This document shows, piece after piece, positions 54,496 through 64,000 of a stretch of 64,000 nt of DNA. The position numbers and the translations under genes are program-made. Numbering within the stretch: the first letter of the stretch is position 1; each line of letters starts with the position of its first letter. The notes beneath the pieces were generated by a model. The model was not told the origin of the DNA, made no database searches, and saw nothing but the letters and a program-made list of their open reading frames with translations. This stretch comes from Burkholderiales bacterium (GTDB lineage: Bacteria; Pseudomonadota; Gammaproteobacteria; Burkholderiales; Ga0077523): assembly GCA_038324085.1 (NCBI GenBank), contig JBBQHP010000013.1, forward strand, positions 30,276 through 94,275. Reading direction: 5' to 3'.

Positions 54496-55818
54496 CTACG
54501 CCGCCCCTATTGCGTCATCCACCCGACCCATGATCATCCCGGCCGCGGACGTCTGATTGGTTGCTGCGTCGATCAGGATGAACGCGCCGGTGGCAGGGAG
54601 GCGGGCATGGACATCACAAATGATCGGCTGCTGGGTGGTGAGCGATACCCGACCGATATCGTTCATGACCAGCGTGTCGGCGACCACCGCGGCCGAGAGC
54701 GAATGGACGTCGAGCTTGCCCGCCACCGCATCCACGCGGACCTGCGTCGTCTTCGTGCCATGGCGCAGCAGATACTTGCGCCGGGGATCGAGCGGCGTGC
54801 GATCGAGCCAGCATAGCTCCGCCTCGAACTGCTTTGCGAGTCGCGGATGGTCGTCGGCATCGACGATGACGTCGCCGCGCGACACATCGACATCGCGATC
54901 GAGTCGCACAGTGACCGACCGACCGGCCACGGCGTCGTCGAGACGGCGGTCGAGTGTCTCGATCGAGGCCACCCTCGCAGTCTCGCCGCCGGGTAGCACC
55001 CGGATCATCTGCCCGCACTTCAACACGCCGGAGCGCACCTGCCCTGCATAGCCGCGGAAATCGTCCACCGCACTGCCGTTGGCCCGGATCACCAGCTGCA
55101 CCGGATAGCGCAGCGGCTCGATCGCATCCGTGCGCTCGGCCGGCAATGTCTCGAGCAGTTCCAGCAACGGCGGCCCGTCGTACCACGGCGTGCGCGCGCT
55201 CGGACGCACCACGTTGTCGCCTTCGAGTGCGCTGATCGGAATGTAGTGCACGTCCCGGAGGCCGAGACGTGCGGCGATCGCGGAATATTCGGCGCGCACG
55301 TGGTCGAACACCGCGCGGTCGAAGCCCACGAGATCGATCTTGTTGACCGCCACGATGATGTGGCGGATGCCGAGCAGTTTCGCGATCGCCGAGTGCCGTT
55401 TGGTCTGCGGCAGCAGTTCGCCCGTGCCGACCCGGGTCACGTCCACCAGGACGATGGCGGCGTCCGCGGTGCTCGCACCGGTGACCATGTTGCGCGTGTA
55501 TTGCTCGTGCCCCGGCGCGTCGGCGATGATGAACTTGCGCACCGGGCTCGCGAAATAGCGGTACGCGACATCGATCGTGATGCCCTGCTCGCGCTCGGCC
55601 TCGAGCCCGTCGGTCAGCAGCGAGAGATCGAGCCCGTCGCCCGCCGTGCGCTTGCGGGTTGCACGGGTCACCGCCGCCAGTTGATCGGCGTAGATGCCCT
55701 TGGCTTCGTACAGGAGCCGGCCGATCAGCGTGCTCTTGCCGTCGTCGACGCTGCCGGCCGTGATGAAGCGCAGGACGCCACGGTCCTCGAGATCGAGTTT
55801 GCGCACTGGTGCATTCAT
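54496..55818 (-). CDS. cysN: sulfate adenylyltransferase subunit 1 (GTPase), without APS-kinase domain
   Basis: GSVDDGKSTLIGRLL, DAPGHEQY and NKID are GTPase motifs. The protein is 440 aa and ends after the EF-Tu-like domains. Confidence 0.9.
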   Translation of the reverse strand: MNAPVRKLDLEDRGVLRFITAGSVDDGKSTLIGRLLYEAKGIYADQLAAVTRATRKRTAGDGLDLSLLTDGLEAEREQGITIDVAYRYFASPVRKFIIADAPGHEQYTRNMVTGASTADAAIVLVDVTRVGTGELLPQTKRHSAIAKLLGIRHIIVAVNKIDLVGFDRAVFDHVRAEYSAIAARLGLRDVHYIPISALEGDNVVRPSARTPWYDGPPLLELLETLPAERTDAIEPLRYPVQLVIRANGSAVDDFRGYAGQVRSGVLKCGQMIRVLPGGETARVASIETLDRRLDDAVAGRSVTVRLDRDVDVSRGDVIVDADDHPRLAKQFEAELCWLDRTPLDPRRKYLLRHGTKTTQVRVDAVAGKLDVHSLSAAVVADTLVMNDIGRVSLTTQQPIICDVHARLPATGAFILIDAATNQTSAAGMIMGRVDDAIGAA

Positions 55819-55889
55819 GTCGTTTATTTCAGCCTGGTCTCGTGCGATGGGTGCTGCAACGCCGCTAAGTCGCGGTGATGCCCGGATAC

Positions 55890-56813
55890 TCAGAAGTACC
55901 CCTCCTTCTTGCGACGCTCCATCGATGCGTCGGACGTCTGGTCGTCCATGCGGGTGGCGCCACGCTCGGTGATGTCGGTCACGACGGTCTCGGCCACGAT
56001 CGCCTCCGGCGTAGCGGCGTCGCTCGCCACCGGGCACGTGCAACTGATGTCGCCCACGGTGCGAAACCGCACCAGCCGCGTTTCGACGACCTCGCCGGCG
56101 CGCGGCGGCGTCAGCGGGGTTACCGGGACGAGCAGCCCGCTGCGCGGCACGACCTGCCGGCGATGCGCGTAATACAGCGACGGCAGCGCGAGCTTCTCGC
56201 GCGCGACGTACTGCCATACGTCGAGCTCGGTCCAGTTCGAAATGGGAAACACGCGCACGTTCTCGCCCTTGTGCACGCGGGCGTTGTACAGGTTCCACAG
56301 CTCCGGCCGCTGGGCCTTCGGATCCCATTGCCCGAACTCGTCCCGGAACGAGAACACCCTTTCCTTCGCACGCGCCTTTTCCTCGTCGCGGCGGGCACCG
56401 CCGATCAACGCATCGAAGCCGAATTCGGCGATGGCCTCCAGCAACGTGACCGACTGGGCGGCATTGCGCGAATCGAACTCGGAACGAAGCACGACCGTGC
56501 CGCGCGAGATCGAATCTTCGACGGATCGGACGATCAGGCGCTCACCCAGTTCCGCCACGCGCGCATCGCGGAACTCGATGACCTCCGGAAAATTGTGGCC
56601 GGTGTCGATGTGCATCAACGGAAACGGGAAGCGCGCGGGCCGGAAAGCCTTCTCGGCCAGGCGCAGCAGCACGCAGCTGTCCTTGCCGCCGGAGAACAGC
56701 AGCGCGGGATTGGCGCACTCCGCAGCGACTTCGCGCAGGATGTAGATGGCCTCGGACTCGAGCCAGTCGAGATGGTCGAGACGGGAGCGGGCGACGTGCA
56801 GATCGGTGATCAA
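55890..56813 (-). CDS. cysD: sulfate adenylyltransferase subunit 2
   Basis: LDWLESEAIYILREVAAEC...FSGGKDS...HIDTGHNFPE is present. The TTG start at 56813 overlaps the cysH TGA (TTGA). Confidence 0.9.
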   Translation of the reverse strand: MITDLHVARSRLDHLDWLESEAIYILREVAAECANPALLFSGGKDSCVLLRLAEKAFRPARFPFPLMHIDTGHNFPEVIEFRDARVAELGERLIVRSVEDSISRGTVVLRSEFDSRNAAQSVTLLEAIAEFGFDALIGGARRDEEKARAKERVFSFRDEFGQWDPKAQRPELWNLYNARVHKGENVRVFPISNWTELDVWQYVAREKLALPSLYYAHRRQVVPRSGLLVPVTPLTPPRAGEVVETRLVRFRTVGDISCTCPVASDAATPEAIVAETVVTDITERGATRMDDQTSDASMERRKKEGYF

Positions 56814-57559
56814 GGGCGGGGCGCTCCGGCGCGTTGCAGCGTTCCATCGGGGGCGACGTGCAGGCCGCATTCCTTGCTGTCGGCGGTCTCCCACCACCAG
56901 CGGCCCGCGCGCACGTCCTCGCCGGGGTGGACGGCCCGGGTGCACGGCTCGCAGCCGATGGACGGGTAGCCCCGATCGTGCAACGCGTTGTACGGCACGT
57001 CGTGCTCGCGCAGATGGGCCCACACGTCCGCTTCGCTCCAGTCGGCGAGCGGATTGAACTTCGCAATGCCGTGGATCGCGTCGTGCTCGCGCAGGCCGAG
57101 CTGCGTCCGGGTACTTGACTGGGACCGGCGCAGGCCGGTGATCCAGGCGTCCTTGCCCGCGAGTGCGCGGGCCAGCGGTTCGACCTTGCGGATGCGGCAG
57201 CAGGCCTTGCGCAGTTCCACGGATTCGTAGAAGCCGTCGCGGCCATGGGTGCGCACATAGGCATCGACCGCCACGGCGTCCGGACGGATCACGGCGATGT
57301 CGCGGCCGTACCGCGCCTTGACCCGGTCGATGACATCGAGCGTCTCGCGGTGCAGGCGCCCGGTATCGAGCGTGAAGATCTCCACCGGCAGCCGGGCACT
57401 CAGGATGACGTCGGTGAGCACCATGTCTTCGGCACCCAGGCTGCTGGCGAGGGCCACGCGCGCATGGTCCCGGGTAATCGCCCGGAGCGTTGCGACCAGC
57501 GTGCCCGCCAGCGCCGCCGCATCGGTAACGCGAACAACGGAATCCGCCGGAGCGTTCAT
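56810..57559 (-). CDS. cysH: adenylylsulfate (APS) reductase, thioredoxin-dependent, Fe-S type
   Basis: The cluster cysteines lie in KACCRIRK and SIGCEPCT. The C-terminal KECGLH motif is present. Confidence 0.9.
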   Translation of the reverse strand: MNAPADSVVRVTDAAALAGTLVATLRAITRDHARVALASSLGAEDMVLTDVILSARLPVEIFTLDTGRLHRETLDVIDRVKARYGRDIAVIRPDAVAVDAYVRTHGRDGFYESVELRKACCRIRKVEPLARALAGKDAWITGLRRSQSSTRTQLGLREHDAIHGIAKFNPLADWSEADVWAHLREHDVPYNALHDRGYPSIGCEPCTRAVHPGEDVRAGRWWWETADSKECGLHVAPDGTLQRAGAPRP

Positions 57560-57566
57560 CGCACGC

Positions 57567-58124
57567 TCATGCCTGCTGCCGCAGCCGGATGGAATCCTGC
57601 CCCGGCGATTCCGGCCACGCACGCGCCTTGCGGCGAAACGCGGGCGCTGCCTGATCCCACGAACCCTGATATGCATCGCTGAACGCATGCAACGCCTCGA
57701 GCGCGGTCGCGAGACTACGATCCGGGCGGACCGCGAACGCATCGAAGCCGACCCGGTGCATGTAGAAGAGCTGGTCGGGAAGCACGTCGCCGATGGCGCG
57801 CAGTTCGCCGCGCCAGCCGAAGCGCGAGCGCAGCAGATACGCGATCGAATAGCCCCGCCCGTCCGTGAACCTGGGGAAGTCGACCGCCACGAGTGGCAGC
57901 CGTCCGAGCCATGGCGCAATCTGCCCGGGTTCGTCCGTGCCCGCCAGCCAGACCGCGACGTCGCCACGCGCGACGAACGATTCGGCACTGGCCAGCCACG
58001 GGGCGAGCGGCACGATCACCTTGCCGGCCGGAAGCTCGCCGGCGGCAAGTGGCGCGGTCGCATCCGGCCGCAGGACCTGCCAGTCGTCCGGCATCACGGT
58101 GCGACCACGAATGATCTCAGGCAT
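57567..58124 (-). CDS. DUF934 protein associated with sulfite reductase
   Basis: MPEIIRGRTVMPDDWQVL...FTDGRGYS follows the DUF934 pattern. ATG at 58124 overlaps the cysI end by 8 nt; an alternative ATG lies at 58094. Confidence 0.75.
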   Translation of the reverse strand: MPEIIRGRTVMPDDWQVLRPDATAPLAAGELPAGKVIVPLAPWLASAESFVARGDVAVWLAGTDEPGQIAPWLGRLPLVAVDFPRFTDGRGYSIAYLLRSRFGWRGELRAIGDVLPDQLFYMHRVGFDAFAVRPDRSLATALEALHAFSDAYQGSWDQAAPAFRRKARAWPESPGQDSIRLRQQA

Positions 58125-59811
58125 CGAGAGCCACCGCCTTGGTTTCGGTCGCATAGACTCGGGCCTTGAACGGCGCGTGCCCGAGCCGCTCGACCGAGTC
58201 GATGAAACGTTCGCCGTCTTCGCGCACGTCGAGATAAGTGTCGATCAGGGTGGAGATCACGTCGGGCATGGCCTCGGCCTTGAACGACGGACCGATGACC
58301 TTGCCGATGGCCGAGCGCCCGCGCCCCGCCCGGGAGCCATCGGCGCCACCGACGGAAACCTGATACCACTCCTCCCCATCCTTGTCGACACCGAGAATGC
58401 CGATGTGACCGGCGTGATGATGTCCGCAGGAATTCATGCAACCCGAGATGTTGATGTTCAGTTCGCCGATGTCATGCAGATAGTCGAGATCGTCGAAGCG
58501 ACGCTGGATCGCCTCGGCGATCGGTATGGATTTGGCGTTCGCGAGCGAGCAGAAATCGCCGCCCGGGCACGCGATGATGTCGGTCAGCAATCCGATGTTC
58601 GGCGTGGCCAGGCCGGCAACTCTCGCCTCCTCCCACAGCGTATGCAGGTCACTTACGCGCACGTCGGACAGGATCAGGTTCTGCTCGTGGGAGACACGGA
58701 TCTCGTCGAAGCCGAAGCGTTCCGACCAGTCGGCCACCCGATCCATCTGTGCGGCGGTCGCATCGCCGGGCGCCACCCCGGTCTTCTTCAGGGAAAGCAC
58801 CACGGCGCGGTAGCCCGGCGTACGGTGCCCGCGCACGCTGCGGCCCACCCAGCGAGCGAACGCCGCCCCCTCCGCGAGGAGTCGTTCGTGCGTCGCGTCT
58901 ACGTCCGGCAGCGACTCGTACCCGGGCAGCGGGAAGTAAGCCGACACGCGCTCGAGTTCCTCGAGAGTGAGCGTCCCCGGGCCATCCTTCACGTGTTGCC
59001 ACTCAACTTCGACCTGCCGGGCGAATTCGTCCGGGCCGAGCGCCTTGACCAGGATCTTGATGCGGGCCTTGTAGATGTTGTCGCGCCGCCCGTGGCGGTT
59101 GTAGACACGAAGGATCGCTTCGACGTAGGTGAGGGCGTGCCGAAACGGCAGGAAATCCCGGATCACGTGTCCGATGATGGGGGTACGGCCCATGCCGCCG
59201 CCCACGAGGACGCTCACGCCCAGCTCGCCGCCGACTTTGCGCAGCACGGTGAGACCGATGTCGTGGAATGCCGTGGCAGCGCGATCCTCCACGGCGCCGT
59301 TGACCGCGATCTTGAACTTGCGCGGCAGGAAGGCGAACTCCGGATGGAAGGTGGACCACTGGCGCATGATCTCCGCCAGCGGACGCGGGTCCACCAGCTC
59401 GTCCGGCGCGATGCCGGCGAATTCGTCGGCCGTGATGTTGCGCACGCAATTGCCGCTGGTCTGGATCGCATGCATCTCCACCGATGCCAGATCGGCCAGG
59501 ATGTCCGCGGTGTCCTCGAGCCGGGGCCAGTTGTACTGGATGTTCTGGCGCGTGGTGAAATGCGCATAGCCGCGGTCGTATTCGCGCGCGATGTGCGCGA
59601 GCGTGCGCAGTTGCGTCGCCGACAGCAGGCCATAGGGGATGGCGACCCGCAGCATCGGCGCGTAGCGCTGGATGTAGAGGCCGTTCTGCAGCCGCAAGGG
59701 GCGGAATTCATCCTCGGACAGTTCGCCGCGCAGATGCCGGGCAAGCTGGTCCCGGTACTGGGCGACGCGTTCGTTCACGAGCGTGCGGTCGATGGTGTCG
59801 TAGCGATACAT
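58117..59811 (-). CDS. cysI: sulfite reductase hemoprotein (nitrite/sulfite reductase family)
   Basis: The siroheme/4Fe-4S Cys pattern is TDIIACPGGDFCSLA...ISGCMNSCGHHH. An AGGAG RBS is present. Confidence 0.9.
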   Translation of the reverse strand: MYRYDTIDRTLVNERVAQYRDQLARHLRGELSEDEFRPLRLQNGLYIQRYAPMLRVAIPYGLLSATQLRTLAHIAREYDRGYAHFTTRQNIQYNWPRLEDTADILADLASVEMHAIQTSGNCVRNITADEFAGIAPDELVDPRPLAEIMRQWSTFHPEFAFLPRKFKIAVNGAVEDRAATAFHDIGLTVLRKVGGELGVSVLVGGGMGRTPIIGHVIRDFLPFRHALTYVEAILRVYNRHGRRDNIYKARIKILVKALGPDEFARQVEVEWQHVKDGPGTLTLEELERVSAYFPLPGYESLPDVDATHERLLAEGAAFARWVGRSVRGHRTPGYRAVVLSLKKTGVAPGDATAAQMDRVADWSERFGFDEIRVSHEQNLILSDVRVSDLHTLWEEARVAGLATPNIGLLTDIIACPGGDFCSLANAKSIPIAEAIQRRFDDLDYLHDIGELNINISGCMNSCGHHHAGHIGILGVDKDGEEWYQVSVGGADGSRAGRGRSAIGKVIGPSFKAEAMPDVISTLIDTYLDVREDGERFIDSVERLGHAPFKARVYATETKAVALDA

Positions 59812-59929
59812 GGAACTCCTGTTGGCGAATGCAATCCGGCGCGACCCCGGACTCTATCTTTCGGCGTCAAGGCCGGGAACGATCCAATAGGCGTTTGCTT
59901 AGTCCGGACGGGAATTAGACGGCCGGCGC

Positions 59930-60988
59930 TCAGGCGGCGAACACCCGGACCTGTCGCGGACGCACCAGCACGCGATCGCCGGCCACGAGCGCGAGGCTGC
60001 CTGCGAGCTCGCGGCTGATCTCCGCGTGGATCGGCACCGCCCCGTCGTCCGGTTGCAGGTCGATCCGCACGACCGGGCCCACGGCCAGCAGGTGCTCCAC
60101 ACGGGCTGCGATGCCGTGCTCGCCGTGGATGGGGCGCACGACATCGATGTCGTGCGGCCGGGCGTAGGCCACTGCCGCGCCCGACGGGCTCTCGCCGTGG
60201 GTCGGCACCGGCACTTCACCGCGCCCGATCAAAGCGCGACCTTCGTCCATGCGGCCATGGAACAGGTTCACGTTGCCGAGGAACTGGTACACGAAGGCGT
60301 TCACCGGATGGTCGTAGACTTCCTGCGGCGTGCCGACCTGCTGGATGCGGCCTTCGTTCATCACGACCACGCGATCCGACACCTCCAGCGCTTCGTCCTG
60401 ATCGTGCGTCACGAACACGCTGGTGATGTGCATCTCGTCATGGAGGCGGCGCAGCCAGCGCCGCAGTTCCTGGCGCACCTTGGCATCGAGCGCACCGAAC
60501 GGCTCGTCGAGCAGCAGCACCTGCGGCTCGACGGCCAGCGCGCGCGCGAGCGCGATGCGCTGGCGCTGCCCGCCCGAGAGCTGCTGCGGATAGCGATCGG
60601 CCAGCCAGTCGAGCTGGACCAGTCCGAGCAATTCCATGACCTTGCGCCGGATCTCGGATTCCGCGGGGCGACGCTGCTTCGGACGCACGCGCAGTCCGAA
60701 CGCCACATTCTCGAAGATGCTCATGTGACGGAACAACGCATAGTGCTGGAACACGAAACCGACGTTGCGCTCGCGTACATGCTGGCTCGTCGCGTCCGCG
60801 CCGTGGAACAGGACCTGCCCCGAGTCCACGGTTTCGAGGCCAGCGATCACGCGCAGCAACGTGGTCTTGCCCGATCCCGACGGCCCCAGCAGCGCGAGCA
60901 GCTCGCCGCTCCTGACCTCCAGACTGACGTTGTCGAGCGCCGCAAAGGTGCCGAAGCGCTTGTTCAATCCCTTGACCTCGATGCTCAC
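59930..60988 (-). CDS. cysA: sulfate/thiosulfate ABC transporter ATP-binding protein
   Basis: [24 protein letters not shown] and LLLDEP are present. The GTG start at 60988 overlaps the cysW TGA (GTGA). Confidence 0.9.
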   Translation of the reverse strand: MSIEVKGLNKRFGTFAALDNVSLEVRSGELLALLGPSGSGKTTLLRVIAGLETVDSGQVLFHGADATSQHVRERNVGFVFQHYALFRHMSIFENVAFGLRVRPKQRRPAESEIRRKVMELLGLVQLDWLADRYPQQLSGGQRQRIALARALAVEPQVLLLDEPFGALDAKVRQELRRWLRRLHDEMHITSVFVTHDQDEALEVSDRVVVMNEGRIQQVGTPQEVYDHPVNAFVYQFLGNVNLFHGRMDEGRALIGRGEVPVPTHGESPSGAAVAYARPHDIDVVRPIHGEHGIAARVEHLLAVGPVVRIDLQPDDGAVPIHAEISRELAGSLALVAGDRVLVRPRQVRVFAA

Positions 60989-61881
60989 GATCGATGCTCC
61001 CTGAAGCGCCGCTCGACCCAGGCCTTCAGCACCAGCGTCACGAGCGCAAGCAGCGCCAACAGCGACGCAGTCGCGAAAGCGGCGGCAAACTGGTATTCGT
61101 TGTAGAGGATCTCCACGTGCAGCGGGAGCGTGTTGGTGAGCCCGCGGATATGGCCGGATACCACGGACACCGCGCCGAACTCGCCCATCGCGCGGGCATT
61201 GCACAGGATCACGCCGTAGAGCAGACCCCATTTCACGTTCGGCAGAGTCACGCGCCAGAGCACCTGCCAGCCGCTGGCGCCCAGCACCACGGCGGCCTCT
61301 TCCTCCTCGGTCCCCTGGGCCTGCATGAGCGGAATCAGTTCGCGCGCAACGAATGGAAACGTCACGAACAACGTCGCCGCGAGGATGCCCGGAACCGCGA
61401 AGATCACCTTCAGGTCGTGCCCGGCCAGCCAGCCGCCGAACCATCCCTGCAGGCCGAACACCAGGACGTAGATGAGCCCGGCGATCACGGGCGAGACCGA
61501 GAACGGCAGGTCGATCAGGGTCAGCAGCAGGTTCTTGCCGCGGAACTCGAACTTGGCGATGGCCCAGGCCGCCGCAACGCCGAAGACGAGATTCAGCGGT
61601 ACCGCGATGGCCGCGGTGACCAATGTCAGCCACACCGCGGACAGCGCGTCGGGTTCGACGACGGCCTTGAAATAGACCGGTACGCCCTTGCGCAGCGCTT
61701 CGTAGAACACGGCGGCGAGCGGCACGAACAGGAACACGCCCAGGAACAGCAGTGCCGTGGCGATCAGCAGCACGCGCACCCAGGCGGGCTCGGCGGTGCT
61801 GCGCTCGAGGCTGCGCCTGGGTGCCGCGAGGGGCGCATGCAGGACGGCGGTATTCACGGCAGAGGCTTCCGGTGCGTTCAC
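60985..61881 (-). CDS. cysW: sulfate ABC transporter permease
   Basis: The EAA loop is [14 protein letters not shown]. The GTG at 61881 overlaps the cysT TGA; an alternative GTG lies at 61911. Confidence 0.85.
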   Translation of the reverse strand: MNAPEASAVNTAVLHAPLAAPRRSLERSTAEPAWVRVLLIATALLFLGVFLFVPLAAVFYEALRKGVPVYFKAVVEPDALSAVWLTLVTAAIAVPLNLVFGVAAAWAIAKFEFRGKNLLLTLIDLPFSVSPVIAGLIYVLVFGLQGWFGGWLAGHDLKVIFAVPGILAATLFVTFPFVARELIPLMQAQGTEEEEAAVVLGASGWQVLWRVTLPNVKWGLLYGVILCNARAMGEFGAVSVVSGHIRGLTNTLPLHVEILYNEYQFAAAFATASLLALLALVTLVLKAWVERRFREHRS

Positions 61882-62714
61882 GCGGCGGAGCGGCGTCGCC
61901 GCGTCCACCACTGGAGCAGGTTGATGACGAGCAGCAGCGCGAAGGAGATCAGCAGCATCACCACCGCCAGCGCGGTGGCGCCCGCGTAGTCGTATTGCTC
62001 GAGCTTGGTGATGATCAGGAGCGGCGTGATCTCGGACACCATCGGCAGATTGCCGGCGATGAAGATGACCGAGCCGTACTCGCCGATGGCACGCGCGAAC
62101 GCGAGCGCGAAGCCGGTCAGCAACGCGGGCAGCAGCGTCGGAAACACCACTTTCGTGAACGTCTGCACGCGCGTGGCGCCGAGGGTGGCCGCGGCTTCTT
62201 CCATTTCGGGTTCGAGATCTTCCAGCACCGGCTGCACCGTGCGCACAACGAAGGGCAGCCCGATGAAGGTGAGCGCGACCACCACGCCCAAAGGCGTGAA
62301 CGAGATCCTGACGCCGTAAGGGGCGAACAGGCTGCCGATCCAGCCATTGGTCGAGTAGATGGCCGCAAGCGCGATGCCGGCCACCGCGGTCGGCAAGGCG
62401 AACGGCAGATCCACCAGGGCGTCGACGATGCGCCTGCCGGGAAACCGGTAGCGCACGAGAACCCAGGCGACCAGCAGTCCGAAGACGGCGTTGATCGTGG
62501 CGGCGAGGAACGACGCGCCGAAAGTGAGGCGATACGACGCCAGCACGCGCGGGGCCGTCACCGCGGTCCAGAACGCTTCCCAGCTGAGCGTTGCCGTCCT
62601 GACGAAGGCTGCGGACAGCGGGATCAGGACGATCAGGCTCAGGTAGAGCAGCGTGAACCCCAGTGCGATGCCGAATCCCGGCAGGACGTTGTGACGACGG
62701 ATGACGAAGTTCAC
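61878..62714 (-). CDS. cysT: sulfate ABC transporter permease
   Basis: The EAA loop is [17 protein letters not shown] start at 62714. Confidence 0.85.
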   Translation of the reverse strand: MNFVIRRHNVLPGFGIALGFTLLYLSLIVLIPLSAAFVRTATLSWEAFWTAVTAPRVLASYRLTFGASFLAATINAVFGLLVAWVLVRYRFPGRRIVDALVDLPFALPTAVAGIALAAIYSTNGWIGSLFAPYGVRISFTPLGVVVALTFIGLPFVVRTVQPVLEDLEPEMEEAAATLGATRVQTFTKVVFPTLLPALLTGFALAFARAIGEYGSVIFIAGNLPMVSEITPLLIITKLEQYDYAGATALAVVMLLISFALLLVINLLQWWTRRRRSAA

Positions 62715-62733
62715 GGCGGGCCGGGCATCGCGC

Positions 62734-63729
62734 TCAACGGGCGAACATCTGATCGAACACGGCCCCGTCGACGAAATGCTTCTGCTGCGCCTTCTGCCAA
62801 CCGCCGAAGACCTCGTCCACCGTGATCAGGGTGAGTTGCGGAAACTGCTTCCGGTATGTCGCGGCAACCTTCGCGTCGGTCGGCCGATAGAAGTTGCGGG
62901 CAATGATGTCCTGGGCCTCGGGTGTGTACAGATAGTCGAGATAGGCCTGCGCCACCTTGCGCGTGCCGCGGCGATCGACCACCTTGTCCACCAGCGCCAC
63001 GGGCGGCTCGGCCAGAATGCTGAGGGACGGCACGACGATCTCGAACTTGGCGGGGCCCAATGCCTTCACCGCCAGGAACGCTTCGTTTTCCCAGGCGAGC
63101 AGGACGTCGCCGATTCCGCGCTCGACGAAGGTCGTGGTGGAACCGCGTGCGCCGGAATCGAGCACGGGGACGTTCCGGTAGAGGCGCCCGACGAAGTCCT
63201 TCGCCCTGGCGTCGTCGGCACCGAACTTCTTCAATGCGTAGCCCCACGCAGCAAGGTAGTTCCAGCGTGCCCCGCCCGAAGTCTTGGGGTTCGGCGTCAC
63301 CACCGCGATGCCGGACCGCACCAGGTCATCCCAGTCTGCTATGGCCTTGGGATTGCCCTTTCGAACCAGGAACACGATCGTCGAAGTGTAAGGTGCACTA
63401 TTGCTCGGCAGGCGCTTCTGCCACGCGAGCGGCAGCAGCTTGCCGCGGGTGGCGATCGCGTCGATGTCGTAGGCCAGCGCGAGAGTGACGACGTCGGCAT
63501 CGAGGCCGTCGATCACCGAACGCGCCTGCTTGCCCGAACCTCCGTGGGATTGCCTGATGGTGATCTTCTCCTTCGTCTTCGCTTCCCAACGCCGGGCGAA
63601 TGCCGCGTTGATCTCCTGATAGAGCTCGCGTGTCGGGTCGTAGGAGGCATTGAGCAGCGCGACGTCCGCTTGCGCCGACGCGACCGTCGCAAGGGCAACA
63701 GCAGCCCCCAGGAGGAATCGGGAGGTCAT
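62734..63729 (-). CDS. sbp: sulfate/thiosulfate ABC transporter substrate-binding protein
   Basis: Has a signal peptide. [13 protein letters not shown]...[27 protein letters not shown]...[16 protein letters not shown] follows the Sbp/CysP pattern. Confidence 0.9.
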   Translation of the reverse strand: MTSRFLLGAAVALATVASAQADVALLNASYDPTRELYQEINAAFARRWEAKTKEKITIRQSHGGSGKQARSVIDGLDADVVTLALAYDIDAIATRGKLLPLAWQKRLPSNSAPYTSTIVFLVRKGNPKAIADWDDLVRSGIAVVTPNPKTSGGARWNYLAAWGYALKKFGADDARAKDFVGRLYRNVPVLDSGARGSTTTFVERGIGDVLLAWENEAFLAVKALGPAKFEIVVPSLSILAEPPVALVDKVVDRRGTRKVAQAYLDYLYTPEAQDIIARNFYRPTDAKVAATYRKQFPQLTLITVDEVFGGWQKAQQKHFVDGAVFDQMFAR

Positions 63730-64000
63730 GATCGTGATGCGCTGGGCGCTGGTGCGTCGTTGATTGAGCCGCTCGTCGGAAGAATCAGGATTCCAGCCAC
63801 GGGTACAGGATCTTCCGGTCCTGCAGACCCTTGCCGTGAGATGCGCCGCCTGCGAAGCGGGACTGGATGCGGTTGAACTGCAGTTGGATATTGCGGCTCA
63901 CGAACCAGCCGAGCACGAGACCCTCCCCGGCCGGCGACCGCACCGGCACGCGCGGTATCGAAGTCGCGGACACTAACGTCCGTCGTTATTCGCCGGAACG

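Noticed and set aside
1-64000. Search by eye for rRNA, tRNA, CRISPR arrays, IS elements/transposases, integrases, phage or defence genes, toxin-antitoxin pairs, a pqqA-like small ORF and lanmodulin-like EF-hand proteins.
   Set aside because: I recognised none. The few AT-rich or repeat-containing spots are short intergenic promoter or terminator regions. I cannot exclude small RNAs or peptides under 60 aa, because no computation was possible.

Overview
GC-rich (about two-thirds G+C by eye) bacterial chromosomal segment, almost entirely coding, with about 75 genes. Many are translationally coupled through 1-4 nt start/stop overlaps, often using GTG or TTG starts. I saw no rRNA, tRNA, CRISPR array, IS element or integrase. 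All family calls rest on motifs I recognise in the supplied translations, since no database search was possible. Content from left to right: (1) 231-5579 (-): a methanol dehydrogenase operon. It holds xoxF with the lanthanide-type Asp-x-Asp signature, a small c-type cytochrome and xoxJ, then an uncharacterised exported trio: an S1 protease, a Cys-containing small protein and a SoxY-SoxZ fusion-like thiol carrier. (2) 5961-25466: a tetrahydromethanopterin (H4MPT)/methanofuran-linked formaldehyde oxidation island. It holds fae, mtdB, mch and fhcBADC, plus cofactor genes: mptG, a DHPS-like gene, a DmrB-like flavoprotein, folB, folK, a pterin carbinolamine dehydratase, three ATP-grasp ligases, and CitG-, HisA-, MfnB-, MfnD-, MfnE- and MfnF-like genes. 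(3) 25472-31768: mixed accessory genes. These are an alpha/beta hydrolase, an ArsS radical-SAM gene paired with an AhpD-like gene, HupE/UreJ, an RlmN/Cfr-family radical-SAM gene and an exported cyclase-family protein. (4) 31957-40108: a GntR regulator and a beta-oxidation-like operon that unexpectedly embeds a ComB-type phosphatase and two lipoproteins. (5) 40265-45077: a beta-alanine-type transaminase, an M81 peptidase and mmsA. (6) 45701-52257: an orphan phnM, a DUF1045 gene, a HAD gene, an MFS gene and phnDCE, with no C-P lyase core. (7) 52302-63729: dusA, cbiX, cobA and a complete APS-route sulfate assimilation and uptake set. The candidates I rate highest for undescribed biology are the XoxF-linked SoxYZ-like/protease module, the ComB-containing acyl-CoA operon and the orphan PhnM module.
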